A DNA stretch of 59,678 nt, filler included, from 5 parts of 5 records of this genome joined end to end with filler, not necessarily neighbours in it; one strand, 5' to 3'; counted from the whole stretch's first letter, positions 41,940 through 52,642 are shown. Made by a program: numbers and translations. The notes: generated from the sequence alone by a model not told the origin.

Positions 41940-43997
41940 TTGGTGCATAATCAGAAAACAACTTCAAAGGAAAAGGTTGCAGCTATTTTACAGGCAAGAA
42001 CGGGGTCAAAAAGATTTCCAGGAAAAGTCCTAGCCAAGATCGGCGATAGTAATCTTGTGAGGATAATCGTAGAGAGAATTAAGAACTCTAAATTAGTTGA
42101 CGAAATAATTTTGGCTACAACTACAAATTCTGATGACGATATTCTTCAATCCATAGGAAACTCACTTGGTATAAACGTTTGCCGAGGAAGTAATGAAGAT
42201 GTACTCTCTCGGTTTGTTAAAGCATCCACGCAGACTGATGCCAATACATTTGTACGAATTACATGTGATTGTCCACTTGTAGATCCCGAAATGATTGATC
42301 ATATGCTTGAAATTTTCTGCGCTGAAGATATTGATTACATGTCTAATTGTTTTCCTGCAACATTTCCAGATGGTTTAGACATAGAGATATTTACGAGAGA
42401 CTCGCTAATAAAAGCATCGGAAGAATGCATCGATCAGAAAATGCGTGAGCATGTAACTCCATGGATGAGGTCGAGCGAATCTATAAGAAGACAAGACTAC
42501 AATAACCATTCAGATTGGTCTAATTTGCGATGGACAGTCGACGAACCTGTAGATCTTGAAGTAATCCAGATGATATTCAAACATTTCAGCAACAGGATTA
42601 ATATAGGATGGAAAGAAGTTTATAACTTATACACTCAAAAGCCTGAAATATTTTCCTTAAATATGGGTATAAAGCGAAACCAAGGTTTTACAGATACTCA
42701 AGGTCAAAAGTTGTGGGCGCGAGCAAACAGAGTGATTCCTGGGGGAAATAGCTTACTTTCAAAGAAGCCGGAGTTATTTTTACCAGATAAATGGCCGCCG
42801 TATTTTCATAAAGCGACTGGATGCGAAATTGAAGATATCGACGGTAAAGTATACAGAGACATGTCAACGATGGGAGTTGGCACTAATATTCTAGGTTACT
42901 GCAATACATTGGTTGACAACGAAGTCAAGCGTATTATTGAACTTGGAAATATGAGTTCACTGAACTGCCAAGAGGAAGTCCTCCTTGCAGAGAAGTTAGT
43001 AGAGCTACATCCATGGTCAGATATGGCTCGCTTTGCACGTACAGGAGGAGAGGCGAATGCAATGGCAATTCGAATTGCGAGGGCAGCGACTGGATATGAC
43101 AAGGTTGCCATCTGTGGTTATCACGGATGGCACGACTGGTACCTAGCAAGCAACCTTGAAGACTCATCAAAGCTTGAAGAGCACTTACTCCCAGGACTTA
43201 AACCAATTGGAGTTCCAAAGGCACTATCTGGATTAACATTGCCCTTTAGCTATAATAACTTAAAACAACTCAAAGATATAATTAAGTCTCATAAGTTGGC
43301 TGCAGTAAAAATGGAAGTGGAAAGATCCAATCCACCCAAACCTGGATTTTTAGAGGGCGTCAGAAAGCTATGTGACACTCACAACATAGTTTTAATATTT
43401 GATGAATGTACTTCGGGATTTCGTGAAACACTTGGAGGTCTTCATAAAAAATATAATGTTGACCCTGATATTGCTATTTTTGGGAAAGCACTTGGAAATG
43501 GATACGCAATCACGTCTGTAATCGGCAGAGCAGATATTATGAGTGAATCCAACAATAGCTTCATCAGCAGCACATTCTGGACTGAGAGAATCGGGCCGAC
43601 AGCAGCGCTTAAAACTTTAGAGGTAATGAAGTCAGAAGAGAGCTGGAAGACTATAACCAATACAGGTAGAACAATTAAATCAGCATGGCAAAAACTAGCT
43701 GAAGAAAATGATCTACCAATAGTTATCAAGGGCCTCGATGCTCTGGGAAGTTTTTACTTTGACACAGAACATATGGCCAAATATAAATCATTCATTACGC
43801 AAGAGATGCTAAAAAAGGGATTCCTTGCGTCAACCACAATATACACATCTATAGCGCATACTGAGGCGATAGTCAATTCTTACCTTGATGCATTAAGTGA
43901 TATTTTTTCAATTATTGGAAGCTGTAAAGGAACAAGCAAGATTGACACACTACTTGAAGGGCCTATATGCCAAAGTGGATTTAAAAGATTGAACTAG
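41940..43997 (+). CDS. SpsF-type cytidylyltransferase fused to a class-III (GSA-mutase-like) aminotransferase
   Basis: QARTGSKRFPGKVL, RITCDCP, REHVTP, WTVDE; then FARTGGEA, GYHGWHDW, DECTSGFR, FGKALGNG. Confidence 0.9.
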   Translation: MVHNQKTTSKEKVAAILQARTGSKRFPGKVLAKIGDSNLVRIIVERIKNSKLVDEIILATTTNSDDDILQSIGNSLGINVCRGSNEDVLSRFVKASTQTDANTFVRITCDCPLVDPEMIDHMLEIFCAEDIDYMSNCFPATFPDGLDIEIFTRDSLIKASEECIDQKMREHVTPWMRSSESIRRQDYNNHSDWSNLRWTVDEPVDLEVIQMIFKHFSNRINIGWKEVYNLYTQKPEIFSLNMGIKRNQGFTDTQGQKLWARANRVIPGGNSLLSKKPELFLPDKWPPYFHKATGCEIEDIDGKVYRDMSTMGVGTNILGYCNTLVDNEVKRIIELGNMSSLNCQEEVLLAEKLVELHPWSDMARFARTGGEANAMAIRIARAATGYDKVAICGYHGWHDWYLASNLEDSSKLEEHLLPGLKPIGVPKALSGLTLPFSYNNLKQLKDIIKSHKLAAVKMEVERSNPPKPGFLEGVRKLCDTHNIVLIFDECTSGFRETLGGLHKKYNVDPDIAIFGKALGNGYAITSVIGRADIMSESNNSFISSTFWTERIGPTAALKTLEVMKSEESWKTITNTGRTIKSAWQKLAEENDLPIVIKGLDALGSFYFDTEHMAKYKSFITQEMLKKGFLASTTIYTSIAHTEAIVNSYLDALSDIFSIIGSCKGTSKIDTLLEGPICQSGFKRLN

Positions 43998-44080
43998 TCA
44001 AAACAGGTGCACATTGTTGAATATTTAAGAATTATCGAATAGGCAGATATGTTAAAATTATAATATCAGGACTGAAGCTC

Positions 44081-44773
44081 GTGAAAAAATCGATTCTCGT
44101 AGTTGCTGCTCATCCTGATGATGAAATTTTAGGCTGCGGAGGGATAATTGCAAAACATTCTGAAAAAAAAGACGATGTACATGTTTTAATCGCAGCTGAG
44201 GGACACTCAGCTCGCAGCAAGCGCGAAAGAAATAGCGAGGACTTGGATAAACTGAATCATCTAAAAATATGTGCAAAGAATGCAAATCGACTTCTCGGCG
44301 CAAAGAGTCTTGAGTTTCTTGAGTTACCAGACAATAGATTAGATAGCCTAGACAGACTTGACTTAATCCAGAAACTAGAAACAGTAGTAATTACCTTTAA
44401 TCCTGATATCGTCTATGTCCATCATTTGGGTGACTTGAATATTGATCATAGGCGACTGCATGAAGCTGTACTTACTGCGTGCAGGCCTACTCCAGGTCAA
44501 TCAGTCAGGCAAATTCTTAGCTACGAAATTATGAGCAGTACCGAATGGCAAACTCCTAATAGTGGTCTTTACTTCATTCCAAATTGGTATGAAGACATCT
44601 CAGATCAATGGCAGAAGAAGAAAGATGCGCTTAAAGTTTATGAGTCGGAAATGAGAGAATGGCCCCACTCACGATCTATTAAATCACTTGAGGTATTAGC
44701 GGAACATAGAGGTTCACAAGTTGGATTACAAAAGGCAGAGGCATTCATGCTTATCCGTCAAATAGTACAATGA
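44081..44773 (+). CDS. PIG-L family N-deacetylase
   Basis: AAHPDDE, DLNIDH, HSRS, AEAF. Confidence 0.92.
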   Translation: MKKSILVVAAHPDDEILGCGGIIAKHSEKKDDVHVLIAAEGHSARSKRERNSEDLDKLNHLKICAKNANRLLGAKSLEFLELPDNRLDSLDRLDLIQKLETVVITFNPDIVYVHHLGDLNIDHRRLHEAVLTACRPTPGQSVRQILSYEIMSSTEWQTPNSGLYFIPNWYEDISDQWQKKKDALKVYESEMREWPHSRSIKSLEVLAEHRGSQVGLQKAEAFMLIRQIVQ

Positions 44774-46356
44774 GAGCAATATTTCGTTGTGACTCATCTT
44801 CTTTAATTGGTAGTGGTCATGTTATTAGGTGCAGAACTTTAGCAAGACAACTTAGGAAGGAAGGAATAGAAAGTTATTTTGTATGCAGAAATCATTTCGG
44901 AAATTTAAATCGATTAGTAAATGAAGAATTTACTCTTTATGAACTTGCGACTTCAAAGGGGGATAGTAAATATAATGACGAAAGAAAAGATATAAATTTC
45001 AGCTATATTGAATGGCTAGGGTGCAACCAAGAAACAGATGCACTAGATTCTTTTGATGCAATCAAACATCTTAAAGCTGATCAGGGAGACTGGATAATTA
45101 TTGATCATTATGGAATAAATAGTATATGGCAAAATCATTTCTTGGATCTATTCAACAAGGGAAGGCCCAGGATATGCATTATCGATGATCTTGCAAACCG
45201 GCAACACAATGCCTCTATGGTGATAGATCAAAGTTATACAGGCAATCCACAACAAAATCCATATGAAGAACTTACCCCGAAATCATGCCTAAGCCTCCTG
45301 GGTCCAGCTTATGCCTTACTAGATAACAGTTTTGCACTACAAAAGAAAAAAGTTCGCGAAAGGAAAGAGGTAAGCCGAGTTTTGGTTTACTTTGGTAGCG
45401 TAGACAAGTTTAGATTGACTGATTGTGTTCTTAATGTTTTTAATAATAAATATCTTAAGGACATCGCAATAGATGTAGTGCTTCCAGACAGTAATGCCAA
45501 TTTCAAAGAGGTAGAAATTATGTGCAATGAAAGACCTAATACTTGCCTCCATTCATTTCTTCCTAATTTAGCTGAACTAATGTCCTCGGCTGATCTCTCT
45601 ATTGGCGCAGTTGGATCTACAACATGGGAAAGAATTTGCCTAGAACTACCTACTGTTGCTATTACTGTAGCCGACAACCAATTAAAAATAGCACAAGAGC
45701 TGAATAAAAAGGGTTATATATTTCTTATTGGAAATGCTTGTATAGAATCAATTGATCAGATTGCTAGCAAATTACAAGGCTTTTTAAAGCACCCTTTTAA
45801 ATTAAAAATAGGGCAAGAATTGACTGATGGCTCTGGTACTAAATTAGTCACACTGGCATTAAATGCAAAAATTAATAGTATATCTGTTAGATCTGTAAAA
45901 AATACTGATGAAGGTATTCTCTTTCGGTGGGCAAACGAAAGTGCAGTACGAAAAAACAGTTTTAATCCAAAAGAAATATCAGTTAATGAACATCAAGACT
46001 GGTTTTTAAGAAGTCTTGATGATGCCAATAGGCTCCAATTGATAGCTGAAATAAATGGATGTAGAGTTGGGCAAATTCGTTTTGATAAAAGCAAATATGG
46101 AGAAATTGCAATAGATTGCTGGACAGTAAGTATAGATATATCATTGGACAAAGCTGTTCGTGGCAAGGGGCTTTCGAGCAAGATTGTTCTCCAGGGCATT
46201 GAACATGCAAAAACTATATGGGAAGAAAATTTATTTTTCTTAGCTTCCGTTCTCAATACTAACGGGGCAAGCAATGGTTGCTTTAAGAATTCCGGCTTTA
46301 AAGTGGTAGAGCCAAGCATCGAAGGCGTAACACGTTGGTATAAGCTTGTAAAATAA
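44770..46356 (+). CDS. pseG: UDP-sugar hydrolase PseG fused to a C-terminal GNAT (PseH-like) domain
   Basis: IGSGHVIRC, IDHY, IDDLANR, GSTTWER, ADNQ; GNAT WAN..VR, GQIRFD, RGKG. Confidence 0.88.
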   Translation: MRAIFRCDSSSLIGSGHVIRCRTLARQLRKEGIESYFVCRNHFGNLNRLVNEEFTLYELATSKGDSKYNDERKDINFSYIEWLGCNQETDALDSFDAIKHLKADQGDWIIIDHYGINSIWQNHFLDLFNKGRPRICIIDDLANRQHNASMVIDQSYTGNPQQNPYEELTPKSCLSLLGPAYALLDNSFALQKKKVRERKEVSRVLVYFGSVDKFRLTDCVLNVFNNKYLKDIAIDVVLPDSNANFKEVEIMCNERPNTCLHSFLPNLAELMSSADLSIGAVGSTTWERICLELPTVAITVADNQLKIAQELNKKGYIFLIGNACIESIDQIASKLQGFLKHPFKLKIGQELTDGSGTKLVTLALNAKINSISVRSVKNTDEGILFRWANESAVRKNSFNPKEISVNEHQDWFLRSLDDANRLQLIAEINGCRVGQIRFDKSKYGEIAIDCWTVSIDISLDKAVRGKGLSSKIVLQGIEHAKTIWEENLFFLASVLNTNGASNGCFKNSGFKVVEPSIEGVTRWYKLVK

Positions 46357-46438
46357 CCTTGGTGTAGGGGTGAGGGCTATCGAAGAAACCTTAGATACTC
46401 AAAGTCTCTTATGTCAAAATATGAAGGTTTAAAAAATT

Positions 46439-47128
46439 ATGATTAAGTCAGCTTATCAAACTATACGGTCAAAGGATTTTTCGTTGGATGAGCGTCGATA
46501 CCAATTTGGTTTACGCGAAATATATACCCTTAGAAATTTGATCAACTGGTATTATCCCGATAGCATTAAAAAATTTCTCCAATATAATAAATCCAACGAT
46601 AAGGCCCAAATTTTAGACATTGGTTGTGCTGACAAGTATCTTCAACGTCCTATAGAAAAAAAGCTTAACTCTCATTATGTGGGCATTGATTATTCTGACT
46701 GTAATATTGAGAATGAAAAGCTACCCTTCGCGGATAATACGTTTGATATGATTATCTGTCTTTCATTAATTGAGCATATATCCGATCCTGCCTTATTTTT
46801 AGAAGAGATTAAAAGAGTCGGAAAAAATAATTGTCTTATTTACTTATTAACTCCTAATTGGCGTTTTTGTGTACGTGATTTTTATGATGACCCGACACAT
46901 GTAAGAGCATACAGCGACAAGTCTTTATCAATGCTCTTAAGATTGAGTGGCTTTATATGCATTAAAGTTTTTCCCAGCTTGAGATGTAAACCTCAATTTT
47001 ATTATGAAAATCCTCTCAAATTCCAGATTGCCAATATGATTCCCTTCCTTAATATAAAGAATAAATTCATACCATCTGTTCTCAAAGGAAAAGCCAGAGG
47101 AGTAATAGCTATTGCTCTTAACAAATAG
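46439..47128 (+). CDS. Class I SAM-dependent methyltransferase
   Basis: ILDIGC, LPFADNTFD, LIEH, TPNW, DDPTH. Confidence 0.9.
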   Translation: MIKSAYQTIRSKDFSLDERRYQFGLREIYTLRNLINWYYPDSIKKFLQYNKSNDKAQILDIGCADKYLQRPIEKKLNSHYVGIDYSDCNIENEKLPFADNTFDMIICLSLIEHISDPALFLEEIKRVGKNNCLIYLLTPNWRFCVRDFYDDPTHVRAYSDKSLSMLLRLSGFICIKVFPSLRCKPQFYYENPLKFQIANMIPFLNIKNKFIPSVLKGKARGVIAIALNK

Positions 47129-47157
47129 GATTATTTTATGTACATTCTTCAAAGATC

Positions 47158-48301
47158 ATGAGTACTCAAATATTAATTGTCGAATTCTGGAATGTATGTC
47201 CTCATCTTGAAACAGCTGCTGAAATCGGATTATGCGAAAGCTTGAAATCAAATAAGGTTGACTTTCACTTTCTAGGAAATGCAGTCCCATTTAACGAATG
47301 CTATTTACGAGAGGAACAAAAAGTACCTCGAGAAATAAAATTAGGACATTTAACTTCAGATCTCATTAACTGGAAATTCGTAACTATAAATGAGTTAAAA
47401 TTAACCCATCATGAAAACTTCTTTTCATTCAATTCGATACCAGACCTCAAGAGATTTACATATGATGGATTCCCAGTTGGATTATATGTATATTGCAATC
47501 TTTGTGATCTGACAAAACTAGCTGATCCAGAATTAGAAAGAAATCACCAACTTGTTCATCTACTAATTAACTCATATTTATATACCTACAAATACGTCGA
47601 CGAATTATTGAAACGGTCACAATACAATAAAGTCATTACCTTTAATGGACGCCATATTAATCATGCGGCCGTCAAAGATGCTGCCAAAAACAATAACATA
47701 AAGATGTCATATCATGAAAGAGGTGGGGACAATAGTAAATATTGGTATGAATCAGAAAGAACACATAATGTACATTCTTTTCAAAGAATTTTGAAAGAAA
47801 AAGTCAAATACTTTGAAGATCACGAAGAAGAAGAGTCCATCTCATTGTTTAAGTCTTCCACATTGGCCTCAAAAGTAGAACTTCTAAGAAATGCTAGGGG
47901 ATTTGATTGGGTCAAAGAAGGTAAATCGCCGAAGCTTAAAATTGCTTATTTAGCCTCTTCTGTTGATGAATTCGAGTACTTCCTTTCAGAGCCACACTTA
48001 AGCCCTGGTGGTATTTGGCGCGACCAAAGAAGCGCCATCATTGACCTAATTTCAATGATAGAAACTCTAGGAATAGATGCGCACTTAACGGTAAGATTAC
48101 ACCCTTATGAAGCCAATAAACCTGTCCAAGCACAACAGCTGTGGAAAATACTTCAAAATAAAGACAACATCACAATGCTTATGCCTGACTCTAAAATTAC
48201 ATCCTACGATGTCGCAAAAGAGGCAGACATGATATTCGTTTTTCACTCTAGTATTGCACCAGACCTATTGATTAATCAAAAAAGAGTATATGGAATGAAT
48301 G
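47158..48301 (+). CDS. Putative capsule-biosynthesis/GT-B-like protein, 3'-truncated
   Basis: PHLET, FNGR, HERG, SSVDEF, VRLHP, SY, SS motifs. Confidence 0.65.
48272..48301. repeat. Right arm of 30-bp inverted repeat
   Basis: TTAATCAAAAAAGAGTATATGGAATGAATG. Confidence 0.93.
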
Positions 48302-48401
48302 NNNNNNNNNNNNNNNNNNNNNNNNNNNNNNNNNNNNNNNNNNNNTTAATTAATTAANNNNNNNNNNNNNNNNNNNNNNNNNNNNNNNNNNNNNNNNNNN
48401 N
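48302..48401. other. Artificial contig linker
   Basis: N44-TTAATTAATTAA-N44. Confidence 0.98.
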
Positions 48402-48402
48402 A

Positions 48403-48422
48403 GCCCGGTGTTGCCACCGGGC
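48403..48422. terminator. GC-rich hairpin, possible terminator cut by the contig edge
   Basis: GCCCGGTG-ttgc-CACCGGGC. Confidence 0.45.
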
Positions 48423-48531
48423 AAAGTGTTTGGCTTGGCGGTTGGGGTATGCAGAGGCCTTTAGTAAGAAAACTCACAGTCACGCCCGAAAAACGGCGCC
48501 AAGACGAAGCGAATCGCGCTAGGGTGCTGAA

Positions 48532-49620
48532 ATGATGTTTTCCTTGCCTGATCCAGATGTGCTCTATAACGCACTTGTCGCCCGCAGTGACGCCTATGAG
48601 GGACGCGCCTATGTCGGCGTGACCTCAACCGGCATTTTTTGCCGCCTCAACTGCCCGGCCCCCAATCCCAAACCGGAAAACTGCACGTTTTTCGAGAACC
48701 CCGGCGATTGTATCGCTGCGGGATTTAGGCCTTGTAAACGCTGCCACCCGCTGGCGCCTGTGGCACGATTGGATCCGCTTGTGGATCAGATGCTGAAAGC
48801 CTTTGACGCAGATCCGATGCGTCGCTGGAGCGAGACCTGCGTCGCGTCGATGGGGTTTGACCCCTCTACCGTACGGCGCGCCTTCAAGCGCCATTTTGGC
48901 ATGACCTTTTTGGAAATGGCCCGTCACCGCCGATTGCGCCACTCTGCCGAGGTCTTGGCCAAGGGCGATAAGGTCGTCGAGGCCCAGCTGAGCGCAGGAT
49001 TTGAATCGCCCAGCGCATTTCGCGCCGCTTTCGCAAAGCTCATGGGACGAGCCCCAGGGGAATTTGCCGAAAATGACCTGTTGCGGGCCAGTTGGATCGA
49101 CACACCCATTGGCGCGATGGTGACCATCTGTGATGCCACACAAGTGCATTTGTTGGAATTTCCCGAACGCAAGGGCCTGGCCCGCGAGGTGCAGCAGCTG
49201 TTTCAATATTCCAAAGGGCAATTGAGTTTTGGTCGCTTTGCCTTGACCGATCAGGTGCAGGAGCAGCTGACAGAATTTTTTGAGGGGCGGCGGCCGAAAT
49301 TCGATCTGCCTCTGGCCTTGCACGGCACAGATTTTTCCAAAACTGTCTGGCGGGCTTTGCAAGACATCCCAGCCGGACAAACCCGATCCTATGCGCAATT
49401 GGCGCAATCTATAGCGCGACCCACGGCCATGCGTGCCGTTGCTCGCGCCAATGGGGCCAATCAAATCGCAATTGTATTGCCCTGCCACCGCGTCATTGGC
49501 GCTGACGGCACTCTGACAGGCTATGCTGGCGGGCTGTGGCGCAAGCAAAAATTAATAGAGCTAGAACGCGCCTATGCGGCGGCGAGCTCAAGCCTCAACG
49601 CGCGTCTCGCGTCCAGCTGA
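48532..49620 (+). CDS. ada: Bifunctional Ada regulator / methylated-DNA--protein-cysteine methyltransferase
   Basis: GIFCRLNC, GFRPCKRC Zn site, AraC-type HTH, PCHRV active site. Confidence 0.94.
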   Translation: MMFSLPDPDVLYNALVARSDAYEGRAYVGVTSTGIFCRLNCPAPNPKPENCTFFENPGDCIAAGFRPCKRCHPLAPVARLDPLVDQMLKAFDADPMRRWSETCVASMGFDPSTVRRAFKRHFGMTFLEMARHRRLRHSAEVLAKGDKVVEAQLSAGFESPSAFRAAFAKLMGRAPGEFAENDLLRASWIDTPIGAMVTICDATQVHLLEFPERKGLAREVQQLFQYSKGQLSFGRFALTDQVQEQLTEFFEGRRPKFDLPLALHGTDFSKTVWRALQDIPAGQTRSYAQLAQSIARPTAMRAVARANGANQIAIVLPCHRVIGADGTLTGYAGGLWRKQKLIELERAYAAASSSLNARLASS

Positions 49621-50568
49621 GGTCGGCACAATCCAAACCTCATCCATGGGCCATTGGCTTTCATCCTTTTGCGCAAACCGCTTGATGACTTCGATCTGAA
49701 ATTCGATCCAGCCCATCCGGTGCACAGGCCCGGCCTGCGCCTCGATCTTGGCATTGAGTTGCCGCAACTTCCAAAAGGGCACAGAGGGAAATACATGATG
49801 CGCTGTATGATAGGGCATCTGCCAGCACAGCCAGCGCATCAGCGCATTGGTCCGCGTGGAGCGCGTGTTCTTTAATATATCATCCTCATGGCTGAGGCCC
49901 AAATGTTCGATCGTATTTTGCAACTGATGCACAGGTTTGGTCAAAAGCATCGGCAAAAGCCAAAAGCTCATCGCCGCCCATGAATTCAAAGTAACAGAGC
50001 CCAAGAGGATCACCGCATAGAGCGCCACATGAACCCGGCTCTCAAGAACGATCTTGGCCTCTTCTTCGGCGCGGATAAACGGCTCAATAATCACCCCCCG
50101 CGCGCGGCGGATCACACCAAAGATGCGATTGCGCCAATACGTAACGCCGGACAGCCACAAGAGATAGGTCACAAGCGTATAGGGCGCGCGCACCAATTCG
50201 CCGTCTTTTTCCCAATCTTGCGTGTGGGTATGATGTGCGAAATGCATGACTTGATCGTAATCTCGTGGAAAGATCATCACAAAGCCAATCAACCGGCCAA
50301 AGAGCACATTTATCCGGCGGGTCGCAAAAACGGTCGCATGGCTCAGCTCATGCTGGGCGGCATAGAGGAAATTGAGCAAAACACCCAAGACAAAGCCTGT
50401 CAGCCAGACCCATGCAGTGCCCAAAGCCAAGCTGTGCAAGTAACCCGCGCAGACGATTGCCCCCAGATGGCTGGCCATTTGCGCAGCCCCCCAAAGGTTT
50501 GAGCGTGTATTAAGCGCCTTGAGTTCGGCTGGGGTGACCAGTTTACGGCGTGAAAACGACGCGTCCAT
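49588..50568 (-). CDS. Fatty acid desaturase-family membrane di-iron enzyme
   Basis: His boxes HELSH, HFAHH, EH, HTAHH. Confidence 0.88.
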   Translation of the reverse strand: MDASFSRRKLVTPAELKALNTRSNLWGAAQMASHLGAIVCAGYLHSLALGTAWVWLTGFVLGVLLNFLYAAQHELSHATVFATRRINVLFGRLIGFVMIFPRDYDQVMHFAHHTHTQDWEKDGELVRAPYTLVTYLLWLSGVTYWRNRIFGVIRRARGVIIEPFIRAEEEAKIVLESRVHVALYAVILLGSVTLNSWAAMSFWLLPMLLTKPVHQLQNTIEHLGLSHEDDILKNTRSTRTNALMRWLCWQMPYHTAHHVFPSVPFWKLRQLNAKIEAQAGPVHRMGWIEFQIEVIKRFAQKDESQWPMDEVWIVPTSAGRETRVEA

Positions 50569-50660
50569 AATTTACCTCATCCATCAGTTGAAACGCAGCC
50601 TAGTGAGCGCTCCAAAGCCTGTCCAGGCTTTTGAGCCGGCGCGTCTTTGGCCCGCACACT

Positions 50661-52538
50661 CTAGCCTGCACGTTCCCAAGACCAGATAAAGCCACCAAGC
50701 ACTTGGTTCACCGCCTCATCTTCAGCGCTGCCACGCACTTGCGCCACAAGCCCGCGTTGTTTGTCCTCAATCACTGTCTGCACCTCCGCAGGCACGCCTG
50801 CCTCTGACAGCGCCGCATTATAAATGCGGGTGATTGCAGATTTGCGCAGCGCAGGTTTGAAGACCTTTCCCACCGCCGTTTTCGGCAGCTCTGGCATGAT
50901 CTCAATATATTTTGGTTGCGCAGCCCGTTCTGCCACGCGTTCACTGGCAAAAGCCACGAGCTCCTCAGCGCTGACCTGTGCACCTGCAACCAGCTCCACA
51001 TAGGCACAGGGAATTTCCCCCGAATGCGCATCAGGCTGGCCAATTGCGCCGACAAATCCGACGGCCTCATGGCCCGCTAAAGCTTCCTCGATCAGGGCCG
51101 GATCAATGTTATGCCCACCGCGAATAATAAGATCTTTGGCGCGGCCGGTGATCCACAGGTAGCCATCCGCGTCCATCCGCCCCAAATCCCCAGTGCGCAG
51201 GTAGCTCGCGAAATGATAGAGATTTTTGTTCTTGGCCGCTTCCGTATAGGTGTGACCTGCAAAGACCCCCGGATTATCAACGCAGATTTCTCCAATCTCA
51301 TCGACATCGCATTCCTGAGGTCCCTTGGGCCCATCACGCAGAATTTTAACGGAGGTATGCGGCAAGGGCAGCCCAACGGACCCAACTTTTTTGAGACCTT
51401 GATCAGGGTTGCAAGAGACCAAACAAGTCACCTCAGTCAAACCATACCCCTCGACAACCTCAACCCCTGTTGCCGCCTCAAAGCGCTTGAACAGTTCAAT
51501 TGGCAATGGTGAAGAGCCAGAAAACGCCGTTCGCAGCGACGAGATATCCGCATTCACCGGGCGCTGCATCAGCGCTGACAGCGCGGTCGGGACGGTGATC
51601 ATAAAAGTCACATTCCACCGCTCTATGAGTTTCCAGAAATTATCAAACACCCCCTCGCCCCGATAGCCTTGCGGCGTGGGAAAGACCACATGGGCGCCAG
51701 AGCTGATCATGGCCATCAATATCACATGACAGGCAAAAACGTGAAACAGCGGCAGAGGACAAATGATTGTGTCCTGGGCCTCAAACAGCATTCGATCCCC
51801 AAGCCAGCCATTATAGACAATGCCGGAATATTTATGTTGCGCAACCTTCGGCATACCCGTTGTGCCACCCGTGTGAAAATAGGCAGCGACACGATCTTCA
51901 GTTGCATCTTGAAAATCAAGTATGCGGTTCTGCTTTGCCAGCTCTGCGTTGAAATCCATGACCTGCGCCGCATGGGTGACGGAGACTTTCGGACGAATGA
52001 GCGGCACGATCCAAGATTTCGGCGGTGTCAGGTAGCGGTTGAGATCCACTTCCAACACAGTCTGCACATTCGGCGCCTGCGCCACCGCATCGGCTGCCAG
52101 CTGTGGCAAATCCGTTTTTGGGAACCCGCGCAGGGTGACCAAGACCTTCGCATTGGTCTCGCGCAGGATCGCAGAAATTTGATCTGGTTCCAGCAAAGGG
52201 TTGATTGGATTGGCAATGCCCGCAATGCTTCCCCCCACAAGGGTCAAGGCCGCCTCGTTACAGATGGGCAACAGATAAGCCACGACGTCATTTTCACCCA
52301 CACCCAAGCGGCGGAATAGATTGGCGGCCTGCACCGATTTATCTCGAAACTCTTGCCAGCTCAGCGTTTCCGCCTTGTCCGCCTGCCCCGAGGTGATCTG
52401 AAAGCTCACACCGGGGCGGGCACCATGACGCGCGGCCACCCGGTCGATAAACTCATACATCGTTTTGGGAACATCACGCTCTGCCCAGGGCATTTCGTTT
52501 TCAACTGCGTCCCGATCAGCTTTAGTTGCAAATCCCAT
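50661..52538 (-). CDS. Acyl-CoA synthetase (AMP-binding)
   Basis: HTGGTTGMPK, GYGLTE, TGD, GRAKDLIIRGG, PKTAVGK. Confidence 0.93.
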   Translation of the reverse strand: MGFATKADRDAVENEMPWAERDVPKTMYEFIDRVAARHGARPGVSFQITSGQADKAETLSWQEFRDKSVQAANLFRRLGVGENDVVAYLLPICNEAALTLVGGSIAGIANPINPLLEPDQISAILRETNAKVLVTLRGFPKTDLPQLAADAVAQAPNVQTVLEVDLNRYLTPPKSWIVPLIRPKVSVTHAAQVMDFNAELAKQNRILDFQDATEDRVAAYFHTGGTTGMPKVAQHKYSGIVYNGWLGDRMLFEAQDTIICPLPLFHVFACHVILMAMISSGAHVVFPTPQGYRGEGVFDNFWKLIERWNVTFMITVPTALSALMQRPVNADISSLRTAFSGSSPLPIELFKRFEAATGVEVVEGYGLTEVTCLVSCNPDQGLKKVGSVGLPLPHTSVKILRDGPKGPQECDVDEIGEICVDNPGVFAGHTYTEAAKNKNLYHFASYLRTGDLGRMDADGYLWITGRAKDLIIRGGHNIDPALIEEALAGHEAVGFVGAIGQPDAHSGEIPCAYVELVAGAQVSAEELVAFASERVAERAAQPKYIEIMPELPKTAVGKVFKPALRKSAITRIYNAALSEAGVPAEVQTVIEDKQRGLVAQVRGSAEDEAVNQVLGGFIWSWERAG

Positions 52539-52642
52539 AAGCATCTCCCAAACTCACGCGCGCCAATCCGCACGCCATGATGGAGGATGCTAAATATTGA
52601 TCAATTTCGCAAGGAATTTGCGCGCTTGGGCGCAGATTGCCT

